64,000 nt of DNA from Bacteroidales bacterium. GTDB lineage: Bacteria; Bacteroidota; Bacteroidia; Bacteroidales; UBA7960. A program made the position numbers and the translations under genes. A model generated the notes under the pieces. It was not told the origin of the DNA. It saw only the letters and a list, made by a program, of their open reading frames with translations, and did not search any database. The number at the start of each line of letters is the position of its first letter. Within the stretch, counting starts at the first letter, position 1. Shown piece after piece: positions 47,427-56,994 of the stretch. The stretch lies in assembly GCA_003559735.1 (NCBI GenBank), contig PWKN01000117.1, forward strand, positions 20,663 to 84,662. The letters are read 5' to 3'.

Positions 47427-47681
47427 TTATTGTTTTTCCTCCGGCATTGCCTTCTTGATCCTCGACTTGGCATCTTCTGTCCGGTCTGAGACATAGTGCT
47501 TAAGCTCGTCGATCTTGGCATCTACCTGTTTGGCCAATTCATCAGAGTATTCTTTCCCTTTTTCATGCAGCCTTTTCCTGGTCTCTTCCCCAGTGGTGGG
47601 GGCAAAAAGCAATCCTGCTGCAACACCAACGGCCGCACCCAATAAGAAACCAAAAAATACTTTTCCGTTTGAACTACTCAT
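47427..47681 (-). CDS. YtxH-domain protein
   Basis: GFLLGAAVGVAAGLLFAPTTGEETRKRL is a typical YtxH N-terminus. The start is taken at ATG 47681. Confidence 0.7.
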   Translation of the reverse strand: MSSSNGKVFFGFLLGAAVGVAAGLLFAPTTGEETRKRLHEKGKEYSDELAKQVDAKIDELKHYVSDRTEDAKSRIKKAMPEEKQ

Positions 47682-47934
47682 GTCACACAAATATTTTAAG
47701 TTAAACAATCGATTAATTTAAGCAAATAACAAAATATCTTTTGTCTTTTAACTACATAACAAAGATAAGAAAAAAATGATCAAACCACAACATTATCCTG
47801 ATTTTGGCAGTCCTGTCCAACATTTTTGGTTGTTTTACGTATGAATAAATACAGACAGGCGACGACCATTCTCTGCTTTTCCCCTTTTTAATGGAAAAAT
47901 CAGATGTACACATAATGAATTAACATATACACTT

Positions 47935-48450
47935 ATGACGAAAAAAGAAGTATCCATGCATTACCGCGAAATTGATGACATTTCCCTTCTGCCGGCCAAT
48001 GAACAGCAGTTGGTTGTCCATGCGCGGGAGATGTGTGACCAGGCCTATGCCCCATATTCTGATTTTTATGTCGGATCAGCCATCTTGCTGGACAACGGAA
48101 CGGTTGTTAAAGGGTCAAACCAGGAAAATGCAGCCTATCCCAGTGGCTTATGTGCAGAACGGGTTGCGGCATTTGCTGCTTCATCCAATTATCCCGAAAC
48201 TGGCATCAAGGCCATTGCCATCAGTGCACGATCAAACCAGGTGGGTGGGGACAGACCCATATCGCCTTGCGGGGCCTGCCGCCAGGTGCTTCTCGAATAC
48301 GAATTGTCGCAGGGAAATCCCATAAAGATTTTGCTCAGTAAGGAAAAGGGAGCAGTCATCATAATAGAAAAAGCAGCAGACCTTTTGCCCTTGTCTTTTT
48401 CCGGCAGCGACATAAAAAAGGGGTGTGCCGGGGGTGAACTGAACAAATGA
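47935..48450 (+). CDS. cdd: Cytidine deaminase
   Basis: 171 aa with the Zn-ligand motifs CAERVA and PCGACRQ. Confidence 0.85.
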   Translation: MTKKEVSMHYREIDDISLLPANEQQLVVHAREMCDQAYAPYSDFYVGSAILLDNGTVVKGSNQENAAYPSGLCAERVAAFAASSNYPETGIKAIAISARSNQVGGDRPISPCGACRQVLLEYELSQGNPIKILLSKEKGAVIIIEKAADLLPLSFSGSDIKKGCAGGELNK

Positions 48451-48588
48451 CACAAACAGGGTGTTTTTTTAATAGTTACACAACAAATTGTGCCCCCCGG
48501 CTGATCATCACTACCATTTCATTCGCAATAAGCGTGTGCACAAAGCCGGAAATACATTCAACCTGGTTCATTATAAAACAAGTAAATT

Positions 48589-49470
48589 ATGATGTATTTG
48601 CGAATTATCACAGCAGCCGTGCTGATGGGCGTCCTTTCTCCTTGTTTGCTTGTTGGACAGGAGAAGCATGCCTACCGGATCTTCGACCGCACCGGTGAAT
48701 TGTCATCCTATCATGAGATGCTGGCAGAGAGTATGTGGACAGACATAGTGCTGTTCGGAGAATTACACAACAATCCGATCGCACACTGGCTGCAGTATGA
48801 ACTCGGCAGGGACCTCTATGCCCTCAAAGGGGACCAATTGGTTCTGGGTGCCGAAATGTTTGAAGCAGATGACCAGATCATCCTGGATGAGTATTTTTCT
48901 GGACAGATCCTTGAGCGGCATTTTAAGGCGGAAGCCAAATTGTGGAACAATTATGATACAGATTACAGGCCGTTGGTTGAGTTTGCAAGGGAAAACGGAC
49001 TGCGTTTTGTTGCCACAAACATTCCGCGCCGGTATGCTGCGCTGGTCCACCGGAAGGGTTTTGAAGCCCTTAAGGAGCTCAGCGAACAGGGAAAGTCTGC
49101 CATAGCACCATTGCCGGTCCCTTACGATGCAGAACTGCCAGGATACAGGGCCATGCTTGAAATGGAAGGCATGCCTGCACACGGCACGGAAAACTTTCCC
49201 AAGGCGCAGGCCATTAAAGACGCAACCATGGCGCACTTCATCATCAGGAACCTTGTTGGGGGTGGCTTGTTTCTTCATCTCAACGGTGCATACCACTCAA
49301 ACAATGACGAGGGAATTGTATGGTACCTGCACCAGTACACAGAAAAACCTTTGTCTGTAATGACAATCAGTACGGTTGAACAGGACAGCGTCAAACAACT
49401 GGATGAGGAGCACGGCGGACTGGCAGATTTCATTATTGTTGTCCCCGCCACCATGACAAAGACCTATTGA
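48589..49470 (+). CDS. ChaN-like (DUF399/haem-binding uptake, Tiki superfamily) secreted protein
   Basis: 293 aa with a signal peptide. DIVLFGELHNNPIAHW is typical of the family as I recall it. Confidence 0.6.
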   Translation: MMYLRIITAAVLMGVLSPCLLVGQEKHAYRIFDRTGELSSYHEMLAESMWTDIVLFGELHNNPIAHWLQYELGRDLYALKGDQLVLGAEMFEADDQIILDEYFSGQILERHFKAEAKLWNNYDTDYRPLVEFARENGLRFVATNIPRRYAALVHRKGFEALKELSEQGKSAIAPLPVPYDAELPGYRAMLEMEGMPAHGTENFPKAQAIKDATMAHFIIRNLVGGGLFLHLNGAYHSNNDEGIVWYLHQYTEKPLSVMTISTVEQDSVKQLDEEHGGLADFIIVVPATMTKTY

Positions 49471-49581
49471 CCGTCCGCCAAAAAGTCCGGCTCACCCGGA
49501 CGCCGGCGGGTCAACCCTGTTACCTGGCACCACCACCGCCCGACGAAACACCCCCACCGCCACCCATCGTACCACCGCTAG

Positions 49582-50691
49582 TCATTGATCCTTATGGCGA
49601 AGTATAAACTTTTTCCCTGGCAATGGTTTCACCACCCCTTTCAGTTCAAGGTTCAGCAGCAGCGATGATGTCTTTGAAAGGTTAAACCCTGTGGATCCCA
49701 CGATCTGGTCGATGCCCGTTCCCGGATGATCCCTTAAAAAGTTTGCCATTTGTTGTTCTTCGTCTGTAAGGGAAACAAACAATGCCGTTTGTCTCCCCGC
49801 CAGTTTCTCCCCCGGCTCCCAGTTCATGATATACTGCAAGTCGGCAACGGTTTCCAGCAGGTGTGCCTTATGGATCCTTATCAGCTTATTGCAACCCTGG
49901 CTGTACTTGTCGGTAACTTTCCCTGGCAATGCAAACACATCGCGGTTATAGGTATTGGCAATATTCGCTGTGATCAGGGCGCCACCCGTAACGGCTGCTT
50001 CTACCACAACAATGGCATCACATAGTCCGGCGATGATGCGGTTCCGTTTGGGAAAATTATCACGGTCGGGCCTGGTGCCGGACATGAAATCGGTTACCAG
50101 TGCACCTGTATCAAGGATTTTTCGTGCCAGCTTATGGTGCATCGGCGGATATATCCGGTCCATCCCATGACCGAGCACCGCTGCGGTCAGCAAATGGTTA
50201 TTCAATGCCGCCTGATGGGCACAACCATCCACCCCATATGCCAGTCCGCTTACGATCAATGGTTCCAACACCGCCATATCATGCACCAACTGTTCACATT
50301 GTTCCCGTCCGTAAGGCGTCATGCTCCGGGTGCCGACAATGGCAACCACCCTGGGGTGGTTCAGGCAGATATTTCCCCTGACATACAGCAATACAGGTCC
50401 ATCCTCGCATTGCCTTAAACGATGCGGATATTCCTTGTCGAGATAGAACAATGCCCTGATGCGGTGTTTTTGTAAAAAGCTGATCTCCTGTTCGGCCCTG
50501 TTTAAAAGATTATGATTCCGGACCGACCGGGCAATATGTTCTCCAATGCCGGGAATTTTTTTCAATGCCTGCATCTTTTCCCTGAACACCTGTTCTGCCC
50601 CGCCACACGAGGATATTAAACGCTTGGCAGTTACACCACCCACGCCGGGGATGTGCACAAGGGCAATTTGATAGATCAATTCATTTTGCAT
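49582..50691 (-). CDS. dprA: DNA-processing protein DprA
   Basis: 369 aa with a Rossmann-like DprA core (VAIVGTRSMTPYG ... ALVTDF) and a C-terminal winged-helix region. Confidence 0.9.
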   Translation of the reverse strand: MQNELIYQIALVHIPGVGGVTAKRLISSCGGAEQVFREKMQALKKIPGIGEHIARSVRNHNLLNRAEQEISFLQKHRIRALFYLDKEYPHRLRQCEDGPVLLYVRGNICLNHPRVVAIVGTRSMTPYGREQCEQLVHDMAVLEPLIVSGLAYGVDGCAHQAALNNHLLTAAVLGHGMDRIYPPMHHKLARKILDTGALVTDFMSGTRPDRDNFPKRNRIIAGLCDAIVVVEAAVTGGALITANIANTYNRDVFALPGKVTDKYSQGCNKLIRIHKAHLLETVADLQYIMNWEPGEKLAGRQTALFVSLTDEEQQMANFLRDHPGTGIDQIVGSTGFNLSKTSSLLLNLELKGVVKPLPGKKFILRHKDQ

Positions 50692-50859
50692 CTGACTTGA
50701 ATGTTTTGTCTTTAATTTTTACAAAATTAACATATTTTATTGTTGTTACAAATAAATTTCAATGTATGGAAGCTGTTTTTTGCATTACCGGAAAGCTGAT
50801 TGACAGGGTGTCCTTTATCCATTTTTTATTAATTTCGCGAAACAATTCAATCTGCAATT

Positions 50860-51741
50860 ATGGCCAGGCAAGAAGACAGGATCATTGGCAGAAGGTTAAG
50901 GTCTTCCTACGTGTCGACAGTGGTGAGCATTACATTGGTGTTGTTTGTTATGGGACTCCTGGGACTGATCATTCTTCATGCCAGCAAGCTTTCCGGGCAC
51001 GTCAGGGAAAGCATTGCGGTATCCGTTTTTCTCGATGACCGGGCCGGTTCTACCGAAATAAGGCGTTTGCAATCGGCCCTCAACAATATGCCTGCAGTGA
51101 ACGAAACCATTTATATTTCGCGTGAAGAAGCGGCAGAGGACCTGATGCAGGAGCTGGGTGAGGATTTTATCTCGTTTCTCGGGTACAATCCGCTACCTCC
51201 CTCTATTGTGATACACCTGAGGTCCGGATATGCAAACCCTGACAGCATAACGGTTTTTGAACAACAGATCAGGCAATATCCGCTGATCACAGATGTCGAC
51301 TACCAGCAATCACTGGTACACCTGGTGCACGAGAACGTTCAGCGCATCGGGATTGGCTTGTTCATTTTCAGCATTTTGCTTCTTACCGTTTCGGTTGCGC
51401 TGATCAACAATACCATTCGCTTAAGTGTGTTTTCAAAACGGTTCCTGATCAAAAGCATGCAACTGGTTGGGGCAACCCAGGGCTTTATCCGCAAACCTTT
51501 TATCAAAAAGGGCATTGTGCAGGGGGTGACTGGCGCACTGATTGCCATTTCGCTACTGGTTGCCGCCCTTTATGCCGGCCAGCGACAAATTCCCGGGCTG
51601 GTTGTCCTGTACGACTTACATATGCTGGTGTTGCTGTTTAGCATGGTCTTGTTTCTTGGGATCATCATCAGCTGGATCTCCACTTATTTTGCGGTAAAGA
51701 AATACCTGAAGATAAAAACAGATTTTTTGTACTACTATTAA
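50860..51741 (+). CDS. ftsX: Cell-division protein FtsX-like permease
   Basis: 293 aa. One N-terminal TM, a periplasmic domain, then three C-terminal TM segments. Confidence 0.8.
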   Translation: MARQEDRIIGRRLRSSYVSTVVSITLVLFVMGLLGLIILHASKLSGHVRESIAVSVFLDDRAGSTEIRRLQSALNNMPAVNETIYISREEAAEDLMQELGEDFISFLGYNPLPPSIVIHLRSGYANPDSITVFEQQIRQYPLITDVDYQQSLVHLVHENVQRIGIGLFIFSILLLTVSVALINNTIRLSVFSKRFLIKSMQLVGATQGFIRKPFIKKGIVQGVTGALIAISLLVAALYAGQRQIPGLVVLYDLHMLVLLFSMVLFLGIIISWISTYFAVKKYLKIKTDFLYYY

Positions 51742-51750
51742 CGAATCCAC

Positions 51751-52014
51751 ATGAAAAAACAACAAGGCAGTGTGCTCCTGTTTGACAGGCACAAATACCA
51801 GTGGCTTATTATCGGATTGATTGTAACCGCTGTGGGTTTTATTCTGATGATCGGTGGCGGCAGTGACGACCCGCAGGTGTTCAGCGAGGACATTTTCAGT
51901 TTCCGGAGGATAACCCTTGCTCCTGTCCTGGTGCTGGCGGGATATGGCATCCAAATATATGCCATTATGAAAAAGCCAACCCACAAGGGTGACAAGGCAC
52001 CGGACAAAAAATAA
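51751..52014 (+). CDS. DUF3098-like small membrane protein
   Basis: 87 aa with two TM segments. It is conserved next to ftsX/uppP in Bacteroidota as I recall. Confidence 0.55.
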   Translation: MKKQQGSVLLFDRHKYQWLIIGLIVTAVGFILMIGGGSDDPQVFSEDIFSFRRITLAPVLVLAGYGIQIYAIMKKPTHKGDKAPDKK

Positions 52015-52034
52015 CAACCAAACAGCTATATGGT

Positions 52035-52829
52035 ATGAGTTGGTTGGAAGCATTGATCCTTGGACTGCTGCAAGGACTTACAGAATTTTTGCCTGTCAGC
52101 AGCAGCGGTCACTTGGAGTTGGGTGGTGCCCTTTTTGGACTGGAAGATCCGCACGACTTTTTCACATTCAACATCATCGTTCATGGGGCAACCTTTTTGA
52201 GTGTTGTGGTGGTGTTCTGGCGCGACATTGTATTGCTGGTATCTAATTTTTTCCGGTTCCGGTGGAACCAGGAAATGAGGTTTGCCGTCCTGCTGCTTGT
52301 TTCGGCAATCCCTACCGCTGTTGTGGGACTACTTTTTGAGGAGCAGATCGAACATGTTTTTGAGGGACGGATTGTTTTTGTGGGATCCATGTTGCTGATA
52401 ACGGCCACCCTGTTGTTCATTACCCGTTTTGTTCCAAAGAACCACAAAGATGTGACTTTAAAAAGTGCGCTGGTTATCGGTATTGCACAGACACTGGCCA
52501 TATTGCCGGGCATCAGCCGAAGTGGTGCCACCATCAGCACAGCGTTGTTTTTTGGCATTGAACGCTCCAGGGCCATCCGTTTTTCCTTTTTGATGGTGCT
52601 GATACCCATATTTGGTGCCAACTTTCTGAAGATTATCAGCGTATCAGAACAGGCCACTGCCGGTTCCATGGATGTCGCACCAATGGTCATTGGCGCTGTA
52701 ACCGCTTTTCTGGCGGGTGTCGTAGCCTGTCGATGGATGCTCAACATTGTCAGAAGAGGGAAAATAGAGTACTTTTCCATATATTGTGTTATTGTGGGCA
52801 TTACGGCCATTATTGCGGGCAGTATGTAA
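52035..52829 (+). CDS. uppP: Undecaprenyl-diphosphate phosphatase
   Basis: 264 aa with GLLQGLTEFLPVSSSGHL and PGISRSGATI. Confidence 0.95.
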   Translation: MSWLEALILGLLQGLTEFLPVSSSGHLELGGALFGLEDPHDFFTFNIIVHGATFLSVVVVFWRDIVLLVSNFFRFRWNQEMRFAVLLLVSAIPTAVVGLLFEEQIEHVFEGRIVFVGSMLLITATLLFITRFVPKNHKDVTLKSALVIGIAQTLAILPGISRSGATISTALFFGIERSRAIRFSFLMVLIPIFGANFLKIISVSEQATAGSMDVAPMVIGAVTAFLAGVVACRWMLNIVRRGKIEYFSIYCVIVGITAIIAGSM

Positions 52830-52834
52830 AAAAC

Positions 52835-53548
52835 ATGGACAAAAGCAACGAAGTTAGGGAGTCGTTCATTTCAGGAAGGGTATTGCTGATAGACAAACCC
52901 GTTTTGTGGACTTCCTTTGATGTGGTAAACAAAGTCAAATCGTTGCTTCGCTACCGTCTGGACATAAAAAAGATCAGGGTGGGCCATGCCGGCACGCTCG
53001 ACCCCCTTGCCTCCGGATTACTTATCGTCTGTACCGGTAAAGCCACAAAACAAATTGAGCAATACCAGGGACTGGAAAAAAGGTATACGGGTACGATCGT
53101 TCTTGGAAAAACCACTCCATCCTGCGACCTTGAAACCATTCCCGAAAACCAAAGGTCCATTGACCACATCACCCCTGAACTCCTCCAAGCGACGGTGAAA
53201 GAGTTTACCGGGGTACAGGAACAGATCCCGCCCTTATATTCAGCAAAAAAAATTGAAGGGGAGCGGGCTTATACTCATGCCCGCCAGGGGATGCAAATCC
53301 GGCTGAAACCAAACCGGGTCACCATACATTCTTTTGAGGTTACCGGAATCCAATTGCCTGAGGTGATGTTTGCCGTAACATGCAGCAAGGGGACTTATAT
53401 TCGGGCCCTTGCCAGAGATTTCGGTGAACGCCTGGGCACCGGCGCTTACCTGGGTGCCCTGAGGAGAACCCATATCGGCAACCATTCTGTCGCCGATGCC
53501 ATGGAGCCCCATGAGCTGGAAGCAACATGGCAGCGTCCTGATAATTAG
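52835..53548 (+). CDS. truB: tRNA pseudouridine(55) synthase
   Basis: LIDKPVLWTSFDVV and GHAGTLDPLASG motifs. The start is taken at ATG 52835 rather than 52733, which overlaps uppP. Confidence 0.93.
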   Translation: MDKSNEVRESFISGRVLLIDKPVLWTSFDVVNKVKSLLRYRLDIKKIRVGHAGTLDPLASGLLIVCTGKATKQIEQYQGLEKRYTGTIVLGKTTPSCDLETIPENQRSIDHITPELLQATVKEFTGVQEQIPPLYSAKKIEGERAYTHARQGMQIRLKPNRVTIHSFEVTGIQLPEVMFAVTCSKGTYIRALARDFGERLGTGAYLGALRRTHIGNHSVADAMEPHELEATWQRPDN

Positions 53549-53665
53549 GGGGCCGGGGACGGTTTGTCTGTGGTCAGCATTGCTTTCCCACACTCTTTCC
53601 GGTCAAAATGCTGAAAAACACGAATAAAATTCAGCAAAAGTATTGACAAGGCCTTCATAATGTAT

Positions 53666-53673
53666 TATCTTTG
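53666..53673 (+). promoter_or_regulatory. Candidate -7 promoter box TATCTTTG for queA
   Basis: Exact TAnnTTTG match 63 nt upstream of the queA ATG. Confidence 0.3.
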
Positions 53674-53735
53674 CATCCCTTTCCCAGGGTTGAGAACAGA
53701 GAAACCGCATCTTCTTTTTTCCTAAAGCATAATAA

Positions 53736-54791
53736 ATGAAACTGTCGCATTTCAAATTTAACCTGCCAGTAGACCTGATCGCAGAAAGGCCGCCGCACAA
53801 CAGGGATGAATCACGGCTGATGGTCGTTAACAAAAAAACCGGAAAGATTGAACATAAGGTGTTCAAGGACATTTTGGGGTATTTCGATGATGGTGATGTG
53901 ATGGTGGTTAACAACACCAAGGTGTTTCCTGCCCGATTATACGGGACCAAGGAGAAAACCGGTGCCCGCATAGAGGTGTTCCTGCTGCGCGAGCTGAACA
54001 GGGAGGCCCGTTTGTGGGACGTACTTGTTGATCCGGCCCGTAAGATCCGCATTGGCAACAAACTGTATTTTGGAGATGATGAAACCCTTGTTGCAGAAGT
54101 AATTGACAATACCACCTCACGCGGACGAACCCTTCGTTTTTTGTTTGACGGCACCTACGACGAATTCAAAAAAACCATTGAGTTACTTGGCGAAACCCCG
54201 CTGCCAAAGCTGATCAAAAGGCCTGTAGACCATGAAGACAAGGAGCGGTATCAAACCGTATTTGCCAAGCGCGAAGGGGCTGTGGCGGCTCCGACCGCAG
54301 GCATGCACTTCAGCAGGGAACTTGTGAAGCGACTGGAGATCAAGGGTATTGATTTTACTGAAATCACCCTGCACGCGGGATTGGGCAACTTCCGGAACGT
54401 TGATGTGGAAGACCTCAGCAAACACAAAATGGACAGCGAAGAGTTCATCATTGAAGAAAAAACCGCCTCCACCGTTAACAAAGCCAAAGAAAACAACAAG
54501 CGGGTGTGTGCCGTCGGCACCACGGTAATGCGGGCACTGGAGTCGTCGGTCTCCATTACCGGTCAACTGAAACCATTTGAGGGCTGGACCAACAGGTTTA
54601 TTTACCCACCCTTTCGGTTCAATGTAGCCAACAGCATGGTTTCAAACTTTCACCTTCCCCAGTCCACATTGATGATGATGGTTGCCGCATATACGGGGTT
54701 TGACCTCCTGATGAAAGCTTACAAGGTAGCCGTAACCGAGAAATACAAATTTTTTACATACGGCGACGCCATGCTGATTGTAGACGAATGA
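53736..54791 (+). CDS. queA: S-adenosylmethionine:tRNA ribosyltransferase-isomerase
   Basis: 351 aa. [19 protein letters not shown] at the N-terminus and [10 protein letters not shown]. Confidence 0.95.
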   Translation: MKLSHFKFNLPVDLIAERPPHNRDESRLMVVNKKTGKIEHKVFKDILGYFDDGDVMVVNNTKVFPARLYGTKEKTGARIEVFLLRELNREARLWDVLVDPARKIRIGNKLYFGDDETLVAEVIDNTTSRGRTLRFLFDGTYDEFKKTIELLGETPLPKLIKRPVDHEDKERYQTVFAKREGAVAAPTAGMHFSRELVKRLEIKGIDFTEITLHAGLGNFRNVDVEDLSKHKMDSEEFIIEEKTASTVNKAKENNKRVCAVGTTVMRALESSVSITGQLKPFEGWTNRFIYPPFRFNVANSMVSNFHLPQSTLMMMVAAYTGFDLLMKAYKVAVTEKYKFFTYGDAMLIVDE

Positions 54792-54839
54792 TTGTACCAT
54801 CGTGCGTCGTGTGTCACCCTGCTTCAACCTTATCCGGAC

Positions 54840-55514
54840 ATGAAAAAACATGTATTGATCACCGCCGGTGGTTCAGGTTCCCGTATTGTATCGGCTGTAC
54901 CCAAACAGTTTTTGCCCCTTGGCAACCGGCCGGTGTTAATGCATGTCTTTGATGCATTCATGCGGTTTTCGCCCGACCTGCATTTCGTGCTTGTCCTGCA
55001 GGAACCGTTTCACAGCGAATGGAAGGCTTTGTGCAGGAACCATCAATTCAGGCTTCAGCACACATTGGTAAGTGCGGGTCCGACCCGTTTTCATTCGGTG
55101 AAGAACGGACTCCACCACATACCCGACAATGCCCTGGTTGCCGTGCATGATGGGGTGCGGCCCCTGCTGTCGCCAGCACTCATTGCCAGGGTGTTTTATT
55201 TTGCTGAAAAATTCGGCAGTGCCATTCCCGTTGTTCACGCAGCCGAGTCGGTCCGTTTGACCGACAAAGCGCTCAACACCTCTTTGCCCCGCGACCGCAT
55301 CCGGCTGGTGCAAACACCCCAGTGTTTCCAGTCAACCGCCATCAGAAAGGCCTATAACAAAAACTACCACGAAAGCTTTACCGACGAAGCCACTGTGTTT
55401 GAAGCTGAGGGACACAGGCTGTTCCTTGTTGACGGAGAGAAGACCAACATCAAGATCACCACCGGCAGCGACCTGGTTGTTGCAGAAGCACTGCTGAACC
55501 GCAGTGAGTATTAA
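54840..55514 (+). CDS. ispD: 2-C-methyl-D-erythritol 4-phosphate cytidylyltransferase
   Basis: ITAGGSGSRI motif. The start is taken at ATG 54840 inside ORF 54792. Confidence 0.9.
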   Translation: MKKHVLITAGGSGSRIVSAVPKQFLPLGNRPVLMHVFDAFMRFSPDLHFVLVLQEPFHSEWKALCRNHQFRLQHTLVSAGPTRFHSVKNGLHHIPDNALVAVHDGVRPLLSPALIARVFYFAEKFGSAIPVVHAAESVRLTDKALNTSLPRDRIRLVQTPQCFQSTAIRKAYNKNYHESFTDEATVFEAEGHRLFLVDGEKTNIKITTGSDLVVAEALLNRSEY

Positions 55515-56866
55515 GGTTGGTCAACGATCGTACCCATAAGCGTGGCAGACGTGCACCCGGTGATCTTCACCCACACATAGTCGCCAGGTTTGCTGTCCTT
55601 TCCCTGAAACACAACAACCTTATTCCGCGAATTCCGTCCCATCATCTTGTCTTCAGAGCGTTTTGACCTGCCCTCAACCAACACCTCACAGGTGCTGCCT
55701 TCATCACGCCTGTTGCTCAGGAGCGAAATTTCCTGCTGAAGGTCTATGATCTCCTTAAGACGTCTTGTTTTTACATCATCAGGCACATCATCATCGAACA
55801 ATTTTGCCGCAATGGTGCCCGGACGTTCCGAATACTTGAACATATAGGCAAAATCGAAGGCCACTTCTTTCATGAGTGAACGTGTTTCCCTGTGTTCGTC
55901 TTCCGTTTCACCACAGTAGCCGGCAATCACATCGGTCGACAAAGCACAGTCAGGCAACAGCTTTTTCACAGCCTGTATCCTGCTGAGATACTGTGCGCGT
56001 GTATACTTTCTTTTCATCCTTTTTAGGACTTCCGTACTGCCCGACTGGACCGGAAGGTGGATCGAGCGGCATATGTTCGGGTGTTTTGCGATCGTGTGGA
56101 TCAGCTTGTCAGAAATGTCTTTGGGGTGAGACGTGGCAAAACGTACGCGCAAACGGCTGTTTATCCCGGCAACCATCTCCAGCAGGTCGCTGAAATCGAG
56201 TATGCTCCCCGCATGCTCATCCTGCCAGCGATAAGAATTCACATTTTGTCCGAGCAGGGTAACCTCCCTGTACCCTTCGTCAAACAACTGCCTGGCTTCA
56301 GAAAGTACAGAATCCGGATTACGGCTTCTTTCCTTTCCCCTTGTAAAGGGCACCACACAGTAGGCACAGAAATTTTCGCAACCCCGCATGATGGAAATGA
56401 ATGCCGAGACCCCGCCGGCCCCGTATCGTACAGGTCCGATATCGGCATATGTCTCCTCGGCCGACAGGATGACATCGATGGCCTTTCCCCCGGTTTCGGC
56501 ATCTTTCAGCAACCGGGGCAATTGACGGTAGGCATCGGGTCCGACCACCATGTCAATGCGCATACCCAGTTTCTCATCTTCAAGCAGGGCCTCTTTAAGA
56601 CGACCCGCCATACACCCAAGCACACCCATCAGCAAACCCGGCTTTTTCGCACGCAAATGCTGCAGTTCGCGCAACCTGTTGATGACCCGTTTTTCGGCGT
56701 GTTCACGAATGGAACAGGTGTTCAGGAAAATTACATCGGCCTCCTGCGGACTGCCGGCAATGGTAAAGTTGTTTGACGTCACGACCGAAGCCACAATTTC
56801 GCTGTCAGAAAAATTCATCTGACAACCATAGGTTTCGATGTATACCTTCTTATTTTTTTTGTCCAA
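55511..56866 (-). CDS. miaB: tRNA-2-methylthio-N6-dimethylallyladenosine synthase
   Basis: 451 aa. UPF0004 N-terminal domain (ETYGCQMN), radical-SAM motif CENFCAYCVVP, and a TRAM C-terminus. Confidence 0.95.
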   Translation of the reverse strand: MDKKNKKVYIETYGCQMNFSDSEIVASVVTSNNFTIAGSPQEADVIFLNTCSIREHAEKRVINRLRELQHLRAKKPGLLMGVLGCMAGRLKEALLEDEKLGMRIDMVVGPDAYRQLPRLLKDAETGGKAIDVILSAEETYADIGPVRYGAGGVSAFISIMRGCENFCAYCVVPFTRGKERSRNPDSVLSEARQLFDEGYREVTLLGQNVNSYRWQDEHAGSILDFSDLLEMVAGINSRLRVRFATSHPKDISDKLIHTIAKHPNICRSIHLPVQSGSTEVLKRMKRKYTRAQYLSRIQAVKKLLPDCALSTDVIAGYCGETEDEHRETRSLMKEVAFDFAYMFKYSERPGTIAAKLFDDDVPDDVKTRRLKEIIDLQQEISLLSNRRDEGSTCEVLVEGRSKRSEDKMMGRNSRNKVVVFQGKDSKPGDYVWVKITGCTSATLMGTIVDQP

Positions 56867-56994
56867 TCTCTTATGCTGTTTATTATCAGCTGTTTATGTT
56901 GTTTTAACACCTGTTATTACCTGGTGGTAAATTTGGTGACAATTGCTGTTTTTTTTTGATGTCCCCGGTATTTTGTTTCATGCATAATGCGTCC

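Noticed and set aside
53674-53735. Possible preQ1 riboswitch in the queA 5' UTR
   Set aside because: A small CCCT...AGGG stem is present, but the A-rich tail and ACUA-type consensus of preQ1-I are absent. queA is also not a typical preQ1-regulated gene.
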